NCBI GenBank assembly: GCA_965287045.1
Contig: OZ336887.1
Coordinates: forward strand, 32,984,001 to 33,048,000
Direction of reading: 5' to 3'
Length of the DNA stretch: 64,000 nucleotides
From: Carcharhinus amblyrhynchos
Lineage: Eukaryota
A program made the translations under genes and the position numbers. This document shows, one piece after another, positions 1 through 12,589 of this stretch. Below the pieces are notes generated by a model that saw only the letters and a list, made by a program, of their open reading frames with translations, was not told the DNA's origin and did not search any database. How positions within the stretch are numbered: position 1 is the first letter of the stretch; the number at the start of each line of letters is the position of its first letter.

Positions 1-30
1 GCTAGTCTTGACACCATCATCATCATCATC

Positions 31-3000
31 AGTGTCCTGTTCAACCCTTGAAGTCCTGTGGCGATGGGTGATTGACAAAGCAGCAGATGTGGATACACAG
101 GGAGCTGTAGTCACAGACCTGCACACAGGCGGCTCAGGTCTAATGGTTGTTTTCCACTGACCAAAGCAGCAGTGAAACTCGGCGTCTACCTGGGCAACTG
201 AGCAGTCCTTTTCAAGAACGCACTGCTCACCTCCATAGAATGAGGTAGGGGCTAGAAAAGGTGCCCTAAACATTGCCTGCTTCACTACACCCTGGCCAGT
301 TTACCGTGGCTGGCAGGGATCCCATCTTGCAGTCGAACAGACAAAATAAAACTCAAGGTGACACCGCTCACCATTGGCACTTGGAACGTGCGCATGCTTT
401 TGGACAACCGTACAGCAGACAGACCATAGAGAAAAACAGCCTTAGTTGCCAGAGAGCTTGCAAGATAGAACTTTGACATTGCAGCCCTGAGTGAAACTCG
501 TCTTGCCAACGTAGGTCAATTGACTGAAACTGGAGGTGGATACACTTTTCTCTGGAGTGGTCACGGCAGCGATGAGTATTGTGATGCTAGAATTGGATTC
601 GCTGTCAGGAATCACCTTGTTCAGAAACTTGATAGTCTACCCAAGGGTGTGAACGACTGGCTTATGACATTATAGCTTCTGTTACAGAACAGAAGTTAAG
701 CCACCCTGATCAGCGCCTATGCCTCCACAATGAACAACCTGAACGAGATGAAAGACAAGTTCTACGAAGAACTAGAAGCCCTACTATCAGCAGTGAGCAC
801 TACCGACAAACTGATCTTGCTTGGCGATTTCAATGCAAGAGTAGGGTGTCTCTGCAATCTGGCAGGGAGTCATCAGGAGGCATGGAGTGGGCATGTGTAA
901 CAGTAACGGCCTACTCTTACTAAAGACCTGTGCAGCACACTCCTGCTCATCACCAACACAACCTTCCATCTGCCTACCCATAACAAGACCTCTTGGATGC
1001 ACCCCCGCTCTAAGCATTGGCACCTTATTGACTATGTCATTGTCAGGAGAAAAGACAGGCAGGATGTCAGAGTGACTAAGGCCATGTATGATGCTGACTG
1101 CTGGCCAGATCACGAGCTCATTGTCTCCAAAATGAGGCTCCCCATCAGACCCAAGAAGTGACCCCAAGAAAGCAAGGTTATGAAAAGAATCAATGCGGCC
1201 AAATTAAAGAACCCCAGTATAGCTTCAGCACTGGCTGACGACTTAGAAATCAAGCTTGCTGACCTACACCTTGCAGGCAGCGCTGAGGACAACTGGGAAC
1301 GTTTCAGGGATGCTATCCATTCATCTGCACTGAAGATGCTCAGGCCCTCTACCCGCAAGCAGCATGACTGATTTGATGACAATGATGAGGAGACACAGGC
1401 TTTATTTTTGAAAAGCACCATCTTCATCGGGCCTGTCAGAACGACCCATCATCACCTGCCAAGAAAAACGTTTTTACCAGTGCTCGCAGGACAGTCCAGA
1501 ATAAACTGCGTAAAATGCAGGTTGCCTGACTGAGCGCCAAGGCAGATGAAATACAGGGATACGCTGACAGAAACAACTTGAAATGGTTCTATGAAGCCCT
1601 CAACACTCTCTACGGACCTCAATCCCCCTTCCTGAATACAGATGGTACACCTCTCATTACAGAGAGGGCTCAGATCCTGCAGAGATGAGCTGAACACTTT
1701 GAAGCCGTCCTCAACTGACCGTCATCTATTAATGATGAGGCAATAGACAGGATTCCCCAGGTTGATATCAACAGCACCATGGATGACCCACCGGTAGTAG
1801 CTGAAGTTGCGAAAACTGCCAGCCAGCTATCCAGTGGCAAAGCCCCAGGGACAGATGCCATACCCACAGAGATCTACAAAGCTGCTGGTCCTGTACTTAT
1901 TGAGAAGTTCACCAAGTTGTTCCAGTCCTTTTGGAAGCAAGGATCCATTCCTCAGGAACTTAAAGATGCTTCCATCATACTTCTCTACAAGAGGAAGGGC
2001 AATCAGCAAGTATGCGACAACCACCGAGGAATCTCGCTGCTCTCCATCACAGGAAAAACCCTTGCAAGAGTCCTGCCAAATCGTCTGGTCACTCATCTGG
2101 AGCTGGGCCTGCTTCCAGAGTCACAGTGTAGCTTCCGTAAAGGTCGCAGGATTATTGACATGATTTTTGCTGTGCGCCAATTTCAGGAGAAGTGTCAGGA
2201 GCAGAATCGTGAGCTCTACACAACTTTTGTTGACCTCGCAAAAGCCTTCTGTAAGCTGATAAGGCCTGTGGAGGATCATGACAAAGTTCAGCTGCCCCCC
2301 CCCAAATTCATTCAGATGGTATGCCAATTCCATGATGGCATGATGGCCAGAGTACTGGATAGCGGAGGAGCTTCTAAGGCATTCCCAGTCACCAGTGGCG
2401 TCAAACAGGGCTGTGTGCTCGCGCCCACATTGTTCAGCATGATGTTTACTGCCATGCTGAATGATGCCTTCTAGGACAGTGTTGCTGGAATTAGCCTCAA
2501 GTACAGAGTGGATGGGAAGCTCTTCAAACTGAGGAGACTTCAACCTATTACCAAAGTGAAGGAAACTGTTCTGAGAAACTTCCTCTTTGCTGAAGACTGC
2601 GCCCTGTATCGTGGCTCAGAGCCAGAGATGTAAGTCAGTAGGGACAAATTTTCCACGGCTTGTGACAACTTTGGACTCACTATCAACATTAAAAAGACCG
2701 AAGTCATGCACCAGCCTATTCCTCATGTACCATACAAAGAGCACATAATCACAATCAAAGGGCAGAAACTACAGGCAGTGGACCAGTTCACTTGTCATGG
2801 CAACACTCTCTCCCAAGCAGTGACTATTGATACAGAAGTTAACTGCAGAATAGCAAAGGCAAGTTCTGCTTTTGATAGACTGCGCTCCACTGTATGGAAA
2901 TGTTGACTAATCAGCCCAGCAACAAAACTGAATGTCTACAGCGCCGTGGTACCTCCTGTATGCCTGTGAAACGTGGACTGTGTATCGAAGGCATGCAAGA

Positions 3001-3562
3001 CAGCTCAGTCATTTCCACATGACTTGTCTTCGCAGAATATTACACATCAGATGGCAACTCACTGAAGTTCTCGTTGGAGCAAGTCTACCATCAGTCCACA
3101 CACTGCTGATGAGAGTGCAGACCTGGTGGGCAGGTCATGTCATCCATATGTCAGACGAGTGCTTACCCAAGCAGTTCCTTTTTGGGGAACTCTCAGATGG
3201 AAGGCGCTCATATGGAGGGCAGAAGAAACGTTTCAAAGACACACTCAAGGCCTCCCTGAAGTCACTTGACATAGACACGACCACTTGGGAAACACTGGCA
3301 TGAAACCGCCCTACCTGGTACTGCCTCATCCACAAAGGCTGTCAAGCTTACGAAGCAAGTGTTAAGCTGAAACACAACTTAAGCGCGAGCTGCGCAAGTC
3401 CACAGCCACCAGCGCAACAACTACAGTGTCTACACAAGTTTATCCAGTATGTGCCAGGACATTCCGTGCCCGAGTTGGTCTGATCCATCATCTTCGGACA
3501 CACCGCAACCAGCCTCAAAATGACTAATGGTGGCAAGATCTTCATTGATGGACGAACAATAA
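31..3562 (+). mobile_element. Near-full-length RTE-clade LINE (APE endonuclease + RT), decayed
   Basis: Endonuclease start motif PLTIGTWNVR at ~364-393. RT motifs in ORF 1779-2474 (KAPGTD, NHRGISLL, FVDLAKAF, GVKQGCVLAPTLF) and LFAEDCA (degenerate FADD) at ~2583-2603. C-terminal LLYACETW and GGQKKRFKDTLK in ORF 2932-3303. Many stops and frameshifts. Confidence 0.92.
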
Positions 3563-3934
3563 GAGTATCCTTCTCCATACGTCAAACTCCTATTAAACAT
3601 TCTTAAAGAGAAGGGCACAAATGAGTTCAGGAACCAATTTGTCCTCCACCTGAGTGATAGTAGTCTTTTTTCTTAATGCTACTAACAATAATACTGATAC
3701 GAGGGGTAATTCTCATTACTCATGACTCTCTGTATTTTTGCCAAAATTCTTTGTGAGTAGATTTCATGAAGAAAGATCTGCTCAACAAATACAATGATTC
3801 AATAACCTCTATCCTTGGAGTGTGATAAAAGTATCATCGGAAAAGATAACATTCTCAACTATTGCTGTATAGAAGTTTCATGATTAACTTATCTGCCCAT
3901 TGTCCTGTACCAATTGGACTGTTTCTTGTGCTTG

Positions 3935-4170
3935 GGTTGTGGGCATCATTGGCAATTCTTGCATCTATTACAATTTCATAGGTGCCCTGAGCCATCCTGA
4001 ATCAAAGCAAGAGATTTCATATGGTTCAATCATTTTCTAGGTCACTCCAGATGGCACTTAAGAGTTAACTAACTTGATATGGGCCTGGTATCACACACAG
4101 GCCCAGACTAGGTAAGGATGAAGTTTTGTTTCCTGACATTAGTCAACCAGTTGGATTTTGTATCACCAGG
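3935..4170 (-). mobile_element. Degenerate tRNA-derived SINE, family B (CR1-B-type tail)
   Basis: Similar to the copies at 33330-33690 and 50395-50695 (ttaagagt..., ggcccagactaggtaaggatg..., gacattagtcaaccagttgg). Confidence 0.6.
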
Positions 4171-5039
4171 GTTTAGACTGGACAGCGCCTGATGCTCTCT
4201 GATATGCTTGTTCTCCCTTTCCTAGAGAGGCCAACAGGACCAGGTTATCAGCTCCCTACAGCAGGCACCAGACCAGTAGTGAAATCCTTTACTCAAACCA
4301 CAAAGCACTGGAAAGTTTCAGAGTTCAATTACATGGATTCAGGAGCCCTTCCAACTTCTCCATAAGGAACAAACAAACAGCCCAATCAATAAAATACTGG
4401 AGGATAATGATAGGATCAATGAGATATTGAGAACATTGTGTAATCTGTAGGACAATAAATTACTTAATTGTGAATTAACAAACAATAATTATTTAAAAGC
4501 ATATGTTTCTCCATTTATGTGAAACCATTGGAGTCAGAGGAAACTCGGTAATTGTGTATCTCCATTATTTGTAATGCTGACTGATGCCTGTCGTGCTCTG
4601 TGAGTTTTGAGTCCCAGCAATCAGATTTAAAGGGAAAGGACAGTCTGGCATGGTTACAAAATATATTGTACACAATGTAATTGTTATTATAAAAATATAG
4701 GAACTTCTCAAAGTCAGGAAGCTCCATTTTGCTATTTGACTAGTTTAAAATTATGGTCTGCATAACATTTGATGGAGTCACCACCACCACCACCACCACC
4801 ACACCTCCCCCCCCGCCACCCCCCCACCAAATTACTGATGGTGTTCAACTACCTAGAAGGGAGAGCGAGAAGAAAACCCAGGCCAGGGGATGGGAGGGAA
4901 GTGGATACCTGACTAAGAGATGGGAAGGTGATCCATTTGTTGAGGAGGAGGGGGCTGGATTTGAGTTGTCGATATATATGAGCATGATAATCACAGAAAA
5001 AAATACCTCATTCTGTCATTAAATAATTCAAGTACATTC

Positions 5040-5305
5040 TGATTAATTTATCCCAGGTATGGAGGGATTTTCCTATTGTTTAGAAGAATGAGAGGAGACC
5101 TTATCGAGACACATAAGGCACGATTTTCCAAATATAAGGCTGAAATTGACAGGTTTTTTAAGCATTACAGTGAAAAAAGGTTATGGGGATGAAGTGGGAA
5201 AGTGGAGTTGAGGATTATATCATATCAGTCATGATCTCATTGAATGGTAGAGCAGACTCAATAGGCCATGTGGCCTCCTCTGCTCCAATGTCTTATGATC
5301 TATGG
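5040..5305 (+). mobile_element. CR1-A LINE 3' fragment
   Basis: agaagaatgagaggagaccttatcgagac (RRMRGDLIE) followed by a 3'UTR ending gtcttatgatctatg. Confidence 0.75.
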
Positions 5306-5487
5306 AAGAAGGAATCTTAGTGTATTTAATACAGTTTATTGTCTTGTTTTCTTTCTCCATTTGTGATGGTTTGGACTATTCATGAGGAACAGTTCCACAG
5401 ACTATTGCTACAGGGTCATTCCATAGCCTCCGGTAGTTTAAGTGTCTACATTTTATTTACTCTTAAACAGCAGATAATGGCAGGAAA

Positions 5488-5828
5488 GAATCATAGAATA
5501 GAATCCCTACAGTGCAGAAGGAGGCCATTTGGTTCATTGCGTCTGCACTGACTCTGACAGAGTATCTTACCGAGGCCTTAACCCTACTCCCACACATTCA
5601 CTATGGCTAATCCATCTAATCTACACATCCTGGGGCACTAAAGAGCAATTTACCATGGACAATATACCTAACCTGCACATCTTTGTCCTGTGGGAGGAAA
5701 CCTGAACACCCAGAGGAAACCCATGTAAACATGTGGAAAATGTACAAACACCACACAATCACCCAAGGCCAGAATTGAACCTGACTCCCTGGCACTATGA
5801 GGCAGCAGTGCTAACTATTGTGCCACCA
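5488..5828 (-). mobile_element. HE1/V-SINE-like tRNA SINE, tail type 1
   Basis: The minus strand reads a tRNA head (ggtggcacaatagttagcactgctgcctca), the V-domain core (gggtttcctctgggtg) and the tail ttctgcactgtagggattctat. Confidence 0.85.
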
Positions 5829-5854
5829 GATATCTAACCACATATAGGAGCAAG

Positions 5855-6225
5855 ACTTGCAATGCACAGTGTCTACCATCTACAAGATGCACTGCAGGAA
5901 CTCATCAAGCTTCCTTAGACAGCACCTTCCAAACCCATGACCAGTACCATTTAGAAGGACAAAGGCAACAAACATACAGAAACACCACCACCTCAAAGTT
6001 CCCCTCCAAGCCGCAAACTATCCTGACTTGGAAACATATTGCCATTTCTTCACTGTCGCTTTGTCAAAAACCTGGAATTCCCTCCTGAACAGCACTATGT
6101 GTCTACCTGCATCACATGGACTGCAGCAGTTCAAGAGGCAGCTCACCACTGCCTACCAAAGAGCAACTAGGGACAGGCAATAAAAATGCTGGCCTAAACA
6201 GTGATTCCAACATCCCATTAATGAA
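5855..6225 (+). mobile_element. CR1-B LINE 3' end
   Basis: ccatctacaagatgcactgcag...gacagcaccttccaaaccc...gcaataaaaatgctggcct tail, shared with the copies ending near 14750, 22660, 29815 and 60548. Confidence 0.8.
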
Positions 6226-7484
6226 TAGGAGGAGGCTATTCAGCCTCTCAAGTCATTGCACCTTTCAACTTGATCAGGGCTGATTTGTATCTTAACTACC
6301 CACCTAGGTTTCATATCTTTTAATATCGTTATGCACCAAAACTTCATCACCATTTTGAAATACTCATTTACTCAATAGTTTTTGGGGAGAAGGTTCCAGA
6401 TTTTTACTTCTTTTTGTATGAAGATGTGCTTCCTGTCATAATTCCTCAATGGCATTGGTCTATTTTTTGGTCATTTCCCTTGTTCTGGTTCCTCCTTACC
6501 CCACCAAAGGAAATGGTCTTTTCTCCTGTCTACGCTACTAAATCTTTTAATAATCTTTTTAATACTTCCATTATATCACCCTTACTCTTCTACATTTGAG
6601 AATAGTAAGCATAGTCTGCACAACCTGTCCTTATAATGTGGTGCTAGACATGCCATCACAGTCTAATCTGCATCTGATCAGGCCATTTAAGACAGCCATA
6701 TTTTTATATGTTTATGCAACTTTGTTGGGCAGTTGGGGTTTTAGCTTATTGTATTGAAAACTGGGTTAATTACATTCACTTCCTGAAGTGACGGCTCCAT
6801 AATCAGCACTATCTGCCTGGGCCAGCTCACCACTGAGTTGATTTAAACTGACAGGGAGTCTGGATGTGATTACAATCTCCCCAAAGACAGCTGTGCCAGC
6901 AGTAATGGATTCTCTCAGCAGTCGCATAGGGCTGGTATCAGCTGACCTGACCTTTATAAGTCAAGCATTCCCGTCCTCAGACGTCCCCCAGTCATGGAGG
7001 GATGGAAAGCATCTTGTATATCCACAAAATATTGGCAGTGACAGCAATACACCACAAATGTTTCTCAGCTAATCATTAATGGAGCCTAAGGACACACGCA
7101 CACAGTTTTCTTGGCCAACCTCCCACCATCCAGAAACTCATACAAACTTCTGCTGCCCAATCCCATCCCAAAATCCACTTCAGGATGAGCTGCAATTACT
7201 TCCAACTAAATTTTGAGAATACTCAAGCCATTCCCCTGACACAAACTCTGTACTCCTGACATCCCCTTCTTCGATCACTGTCTCAGGACTTAGCTCCAAA
7301 AATGTTTATATTCTTGCCAGTCTACCTGACCTTCAACACAATATACTATCCATCACAAATACCGCCTGCTTTCACCTCCATTACAACGCCTGCCTCTGTC
7401 CCTGCTATAGCCCATGTGCTGTTCAAATCTGCATTTCTTCCTTTTTCACTTCTTGACCCAACTAATTTGTAAAATACAAAATAA

Positions 7485-7660
7485 CCCATGGCACTATTCG
7501 AAGAAGAGCAAGGGAAGTTCTCCCCGGCTTCCTGGACAATATTTATCTCTCAACAAATATCATTAAAACAGGTTATTTGGTCATTATTAGATTGTTGTTT
7601 GTGACTGTGAAGCGTTTTGGGATATGGGGTCATGAAGGGATTATATAAATGCCAAATTTT
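7485..7660 (+). mobile_element. DeuSINE (SacSINE1/AmnSINE-like) fragment
   Basis: ggcactattcgaagaagagcaagggaagttctcccc...aatatttatctctcaac...ggtcattat resembles the Deu domain, followed by a tail ending atataaatgc. Confidence 0.65.
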
Positions 7661-8789
7661 GTTTCATGCTGCCACATTCCCATTAATACCACGTATCCTA
7701 TTTTACCATGCGTTGAAGTAATGCAGCACTTATCAAGTGCCCTTTCAACACTGATCAAGCAGAGAGCAATCCAATCATGATTCTGAACGCCAACATAGAC
7801 TGATCACTATAAGGACCTGCTTTAGATAGACAATCAAGTCCCAAAATCTCATTACAAACAATCATAGCAAACTTAAAAATGTTTTCAATGTTAAGATCAA
7901 AAGCAAATTCTGAACTAGGAATATGAAATAATCAATATTCCCATTTTAATCTCTGCTATGAATAAATGAAGAATAAACATCAAGAATAAAGAAGACAATG
8001 ACCAGACTAAAAAAGAGGTTTTAAAAAGTTCATGGATTCAGTTCAGAAAGAGGGACTTTGCAGTGCCCTAACCTATTGAGAATGTAATTCTTTAGTTATA
8101 AGAAATAGAAAGGTCAGTTTGCTTGAAATGTGCATCCAGCTGAAGAAGCTTACTGTTCAGATTGCCCTACCATAAACCGGTCCTATTGTACAAAAGAATA
8201 AGCAAGCTATAATGGGATAAACTAGAGAAGAGATGCTAGGATTAACTAGGAACAATTGGTGATTGTGGAGGACTCATGAAACACAAAATCCAAGTGTCAA
8301 GCCAGTCCATTTCAGGAAGAGACAAAGCCAGATCAGTGTAACGTAGGAGCATAAAAACTGTCAGATGATGCACAGTAAAGTGCTACCAAAGATCCATACC
8401 TGATGAATAAATACATTTGAAAGAGTTGACATTGCATAAATGTGGTCTGTAATTCCTCATGTATAGAAGATTGAGGGGTGATTTAATTGAGGTGTTTATA
8501 AACCTTAAAATGAATCAATAGTGTAGGTGGAGTAATCAAAAAAACAAGGGGACATAATTCTAAAATTAGATTTAAGCATTTTGGGGGAAATCAAATAGTT
8601 TTTCCCAAAGGTAATAGTAATCTGGAATTCCTCCCCCCACCACCCCGCCCCACCCCCATACTCCCTTCCGGTCTCCCAAAAAAGGGCTGTGGATACAAAG
8701 GGATTTTTGGAGTTTTCAGGGCTGAAATCAGTAATTTTTTGTTAAATAAGGATATCAAAGGAAGATGATTGGAATTTAAGTATCAACCA

Positions 8790-9860
8790 GCTGTCTGTCC
8801 TTGATTTGAGGATGACTTTTTTTTTAATAGTCACAAGTAAGGTTTACAGTAACACTGTTACTGTGAAATTCCCCTCGTCACCACAGTCCAGCACCTGTTC
8901 CAGTCAATGCACCTAACCTGTATATCTTTCAGAATGTGGGAGGAAATCAGAGCACCTGGAGGAAACCCACAGAGATATGGGGAAAATGTGCAAATTCCAC
9001 ACAGTGACCCAAGCTGGGAATCAAACCTGGGTCCCTGGCACTGTGAAGCAACAGTGCTAACCACTGTGCTACTGTGCCATCCTATCCAGGGTCATGGGTT
9101 TCTGCCATGGGTCTTCATGTGATTGAACTGAACTGACCAATTCTCAACTCTTGGATGTTTGGGCACATGGGGCAGGCTCTGAGTGTAGAACTTGCTGTCT
9201 TTTTATTTCTTTTCTATCACCACTCTATCTCATTAAGATGCTTTGACTCATGAATGTTACAGCTGGATGGACAGGTTTTTGTCTTTTGAATGAATGACAG
9301 CAAACTCCTCTGATTTAATTGTCAATGTTGCTGCCCTTTTAGGAAAGCAAGAGTATCTCTGAAGCATTTTCTTTATCCTCCCCTGAAATGTTGGCTACTT
9401 GAGAGTTGAGGGAACAGGACCTAGTGATGTAAATGCTTTTCAACCATCTGAACAGTGTCCAATCCATCAAAGTTGATTTTACAGGCATTTTCTCTGAATG
9501 CTTGTATAGCTTGCTTCAAGGAGGACACTGGTGTTTGTTCAACAATCCTCTCATTGAATCTGAAAGCGGCATTGCTGATGGAATTTCTGTCACTGACACA
9601 CAGTCCAGATCTCACTACAGTACAGGAGCATGTGATGACAACTGCTTTGTGCACCAATCAGCCATGTCCTAATTAAATGGCAAAGCAGACTCCAGGAGCT
9701 CAATAGTCTCCTTTTTGTAATAACTTCAGCGAAACACGTGAGGTTGACCTCTTTGAGTATGAACTCCCTGATTGAGGTCATAATTCACTGCCCAAACAGG
9801 GAGCTTCGTCTGTATGTAAAAATGAGAGTGTCAAGTCTTCTGGCATTCCAGATTCTGACT
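8790..9860 (-). mobile_element. RTE-like LINE 3' fragment, interrupted by a SINE at 8826-9080
   Basis: Minus-strand remnants VHKAVVIT and MLLYCSEIWTV correspond to the RTE motif YKAVV..LLYGSETW. Confidence 0.6.
8826..9080 (-). mobile_element. HE1/V-SINE-like SINE, tail type 2
   Basis: Same head and core as tail-1 copies, but the tail is ...ggggaatttcacagtaac...ttacttgtgacta. Confidence 0.85.
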
Positions 9861-10391
9861 GTGTACTAAAAGCAGTCTATGAGTGGAATAGAGTTTGTAA
9901 ATAAAGGGAATCTGGTGAAGGGAACTGACCTCTGAGGAGTCATTTCCATAGCAACTAGGAAAAAGAAGGACCCTAAGGAACTTGCTTACTAACAGCTGGC
10001 TTGGCTTTGGGATAAGTTATCTTTAGCCACATACCTCTTTTGACCCGGATGTGGAGGAATGGAACGCAAGCATTAATTTTTTAGAACTAAAACTCCTGCT
10101 GCTCAACCGATTTCCTAACCAGAGGAATTGTTTGGCATCAAATCTATGACTTTAACTTTAGTTAACAATCTCTTATGAGGAACTTTATCAAATGCCTCTA
10201 GGTAGTAGTCATGATCAATCTTGGGGCATTTCTCCATGCCATATAGTCTTGTGCTTCCTTTTCAGTTGCTCCTTGGAGCCTCTACTTTCAACTTCAAGTT
10301 TTCTAACAACATAATTCTTTTTCTTCCTCTCGCTTACCAACCTCTAATCCTGCATCAATCACCTCCTTCAGTAAGTTCTCATGCCTTAGAG

Positions 10392-10600
10392 CAGGTTTGT
10401 TCAGTTTTTCATGTTGGGTGGGAGGCCATATTTCAATATTTTTCTCACTCAAGAGGCTGATGAGGTTTGGCACAACATTAAATGTGAATTACAAAGGAAA
10501 AACTGATGTGTGAAAAGAACCAACTTGCTGAGGAAAAACAATAATGTCAAAGCAGTAAATTGATAATTTTAAAAAATGAGTAAATAAAAGGGACCATTAA
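10392..10600 (+). mobile_element. Left end of a hAT-like non-autonomous DNA transposon, paralog of 34875-35784
   Basis: caggtttgttcag...ggccatatttcaatatttttctcactcaagaggc aligns by eye with the start of the element at 34875. Confidence 0.55.
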
Positions 10601-10749
10601 AATGTGACAAGATGAGTGTGTTTGTGTGGCTCACTCCTCGTCTAAGGATGTTCTCTCACTCAATGTTTGAGATTGTGCAAGAGTGTGTGTGTGGGTGGTG
10701 GGGGGGGGGGGGTGGTGAATGAAAACTCAAACTAGGAATGGGCCAGACA

Positions 10750-11620
10750 AACAGACACACAGTCTCCCCTCTCTCACATTCCTGTCACTCATTCACACAC
10801 AGAGATTCTTTTTCTCCCCTCTTATATTCTCCTCTGTCACTCACACAGTCAGGCATTCTCCCATCTCACTCTCTCCACTCTCAATCACACATTTCCTCTC
10901 TCTCTCTCCTCTCTCACAGTCCTCTCACACATTCACTCATTCTCTCCTTTCACACACACTTGTTCTCTCTGCTCTCACACATATTCTTTTTCCTCCCTTC
11001 TCACATTCACTTTCCCCTTTCACACAGATACTCTCTCTCCCCTCTCACATGCATACTCTCTCCCCTCTGGCACTCTTTCTCTTCCCCCGACACACACCCA
11101 CATTCTCTCCCCTCTCACTCTCCTCTCTCATACACACTCTTCCCTATCTCACACACTCTTCCACCATACACACACTCTGCCCTCTGGTGCACACACCCTT
11201 TCTCCTCACACATGCGCACACAAACACACACTCTTTCTCCTCTCACATACACTCTCTTCCCTCTCTCACCCTTCTCACACATACACACACTGTCTTTCTC
11301 ACACACTCTCTTCCCTCCTGACACACACACCCTTTCCCCCTCACATACACTCTCTTCCGTCTCACACACATTTTTCTCACCCCTCTCACACATAGACACT
11401 CTCTCACTCTCTCTCCCCCTCACTCTCCTCTCTCCCAATACTCTTCCCCCTCACACTCACACTCCACAAACATATATTCTTCCATCTCAGACTCTCACCC
11501 TCACGATCTCCCTTCTCACACTTTCTCTCACCCATATACACTCACTTCCCTCACATACTTTCTACCACACACAATCCTTCCTCCCACACATACCTACACT
11601 CCTCTGTCTCTCACATGCAT
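10750..11620. repeat. Low-complexity degenerate (CA)n/(CT)n tract
   Basis: ~870 bp of C/T/A with almost no G on the + strand. This produces the spurious long ORFs 10719-11321 and 10738-11793. Confidence 0.95.
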
Positions 11621-11963
11621 ACAGACTGGTAGATCCCATTCTTGCTCCGGCACTCTTGCTGGCATCTCATGCTCTCACTCAGGGTCTGCTCTTGCTCCAG
11701 GCTTGGTCATATTCCAAGCCTGCTCTCGCCCTTGCGCCAGGCCTGCTCTCCCCCAGTTCTAGTATACACACAGTAGTCCCAACCTGGGACTGACTACAGC
11801 TTAACAAGCACAGTCCTGGGCCTGCTTTATAAAGAGTTCCAACTGCACAGGCCACTGCCTGTTTCCAAGGGAACTCAGGTCCCACAGGGCGACCAATCAG
11901 TGATTACCATGGATCTCGTGTGGGGTTCTCACCACCACCCCCTCCCCCCTCCCCCACCACCAG

Positions 11964-12293
11964 TCACTCCCATGACGATAGGGCCTTCTGGTTTTCCTGG
12001 AAGGTTTTGCACTGATGAACCAGATTTGCGATATCACTGTCTAAGCCAGACCACCAGACATTGCTCCATGTGAGCGTTTTCATTGTGCAATTCTTGAAGT
12101 ATTGATCACTGGCCTGGATGCAGGACAACCACTCGGCTCCCCACAAGTTGACGCCATCTTCTATACTCAACTTCAGACATTTAGAGACATAATGTTTCAT
12201 ATCCTCTGTTGGATGCCTTTGTGGTTCATCACTCAAGGCGATGTGACGTAGTTTCACCCACATAACTTCTTTTTGGATTTGCTGGCAGTCCAT
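11964..12293 (-). mobile_element. Gypsy/Ty3 LTR-retrotransposon pol remnant (integrase zinc-binding region)
   Basis: MKTLTWSNVWWSGLDSDIANLVHQCKTFQENQK resembles the Gypsy motif MK.LARSYVWWPG.D.DI...V..C..CQ. Confidence 0.75.
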
Positions 12294-12589
12294 GCAGTTC
12301 AGAATAATAACAACTCAATCTATCTTTAGAGGATAAGGTAGGTTGGTGGTTAGCAGCAGGTGGCATCTTTCCTTAAATAAGGAGATCAATACTGTACATG
12401 ATACTGCAGATGCAGTCTCACCAATGCCTTCTACAACTGAGTCATAGCCTCCCTACTTTTGTAATCAATTCCCTTCATAATGAATTATAACATTCTATTA
12501 GCTTTCTTAACTATTTGCTGAACCAACACTAGCCTTTTGAATTTGACCACAATCATTTACATGCCATATCTATCCCTATATCATTACCC

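Noticed and set aside
10719-11793. Longest ORFs in the window (200 and 351 aa, His/Ser/Leu/Thr-rich)
   Set aside because: Artefacts of the G-poor CA/CT tract, which rarely forms stop codons. They use non-ATG or poor-context starts and show no domain.
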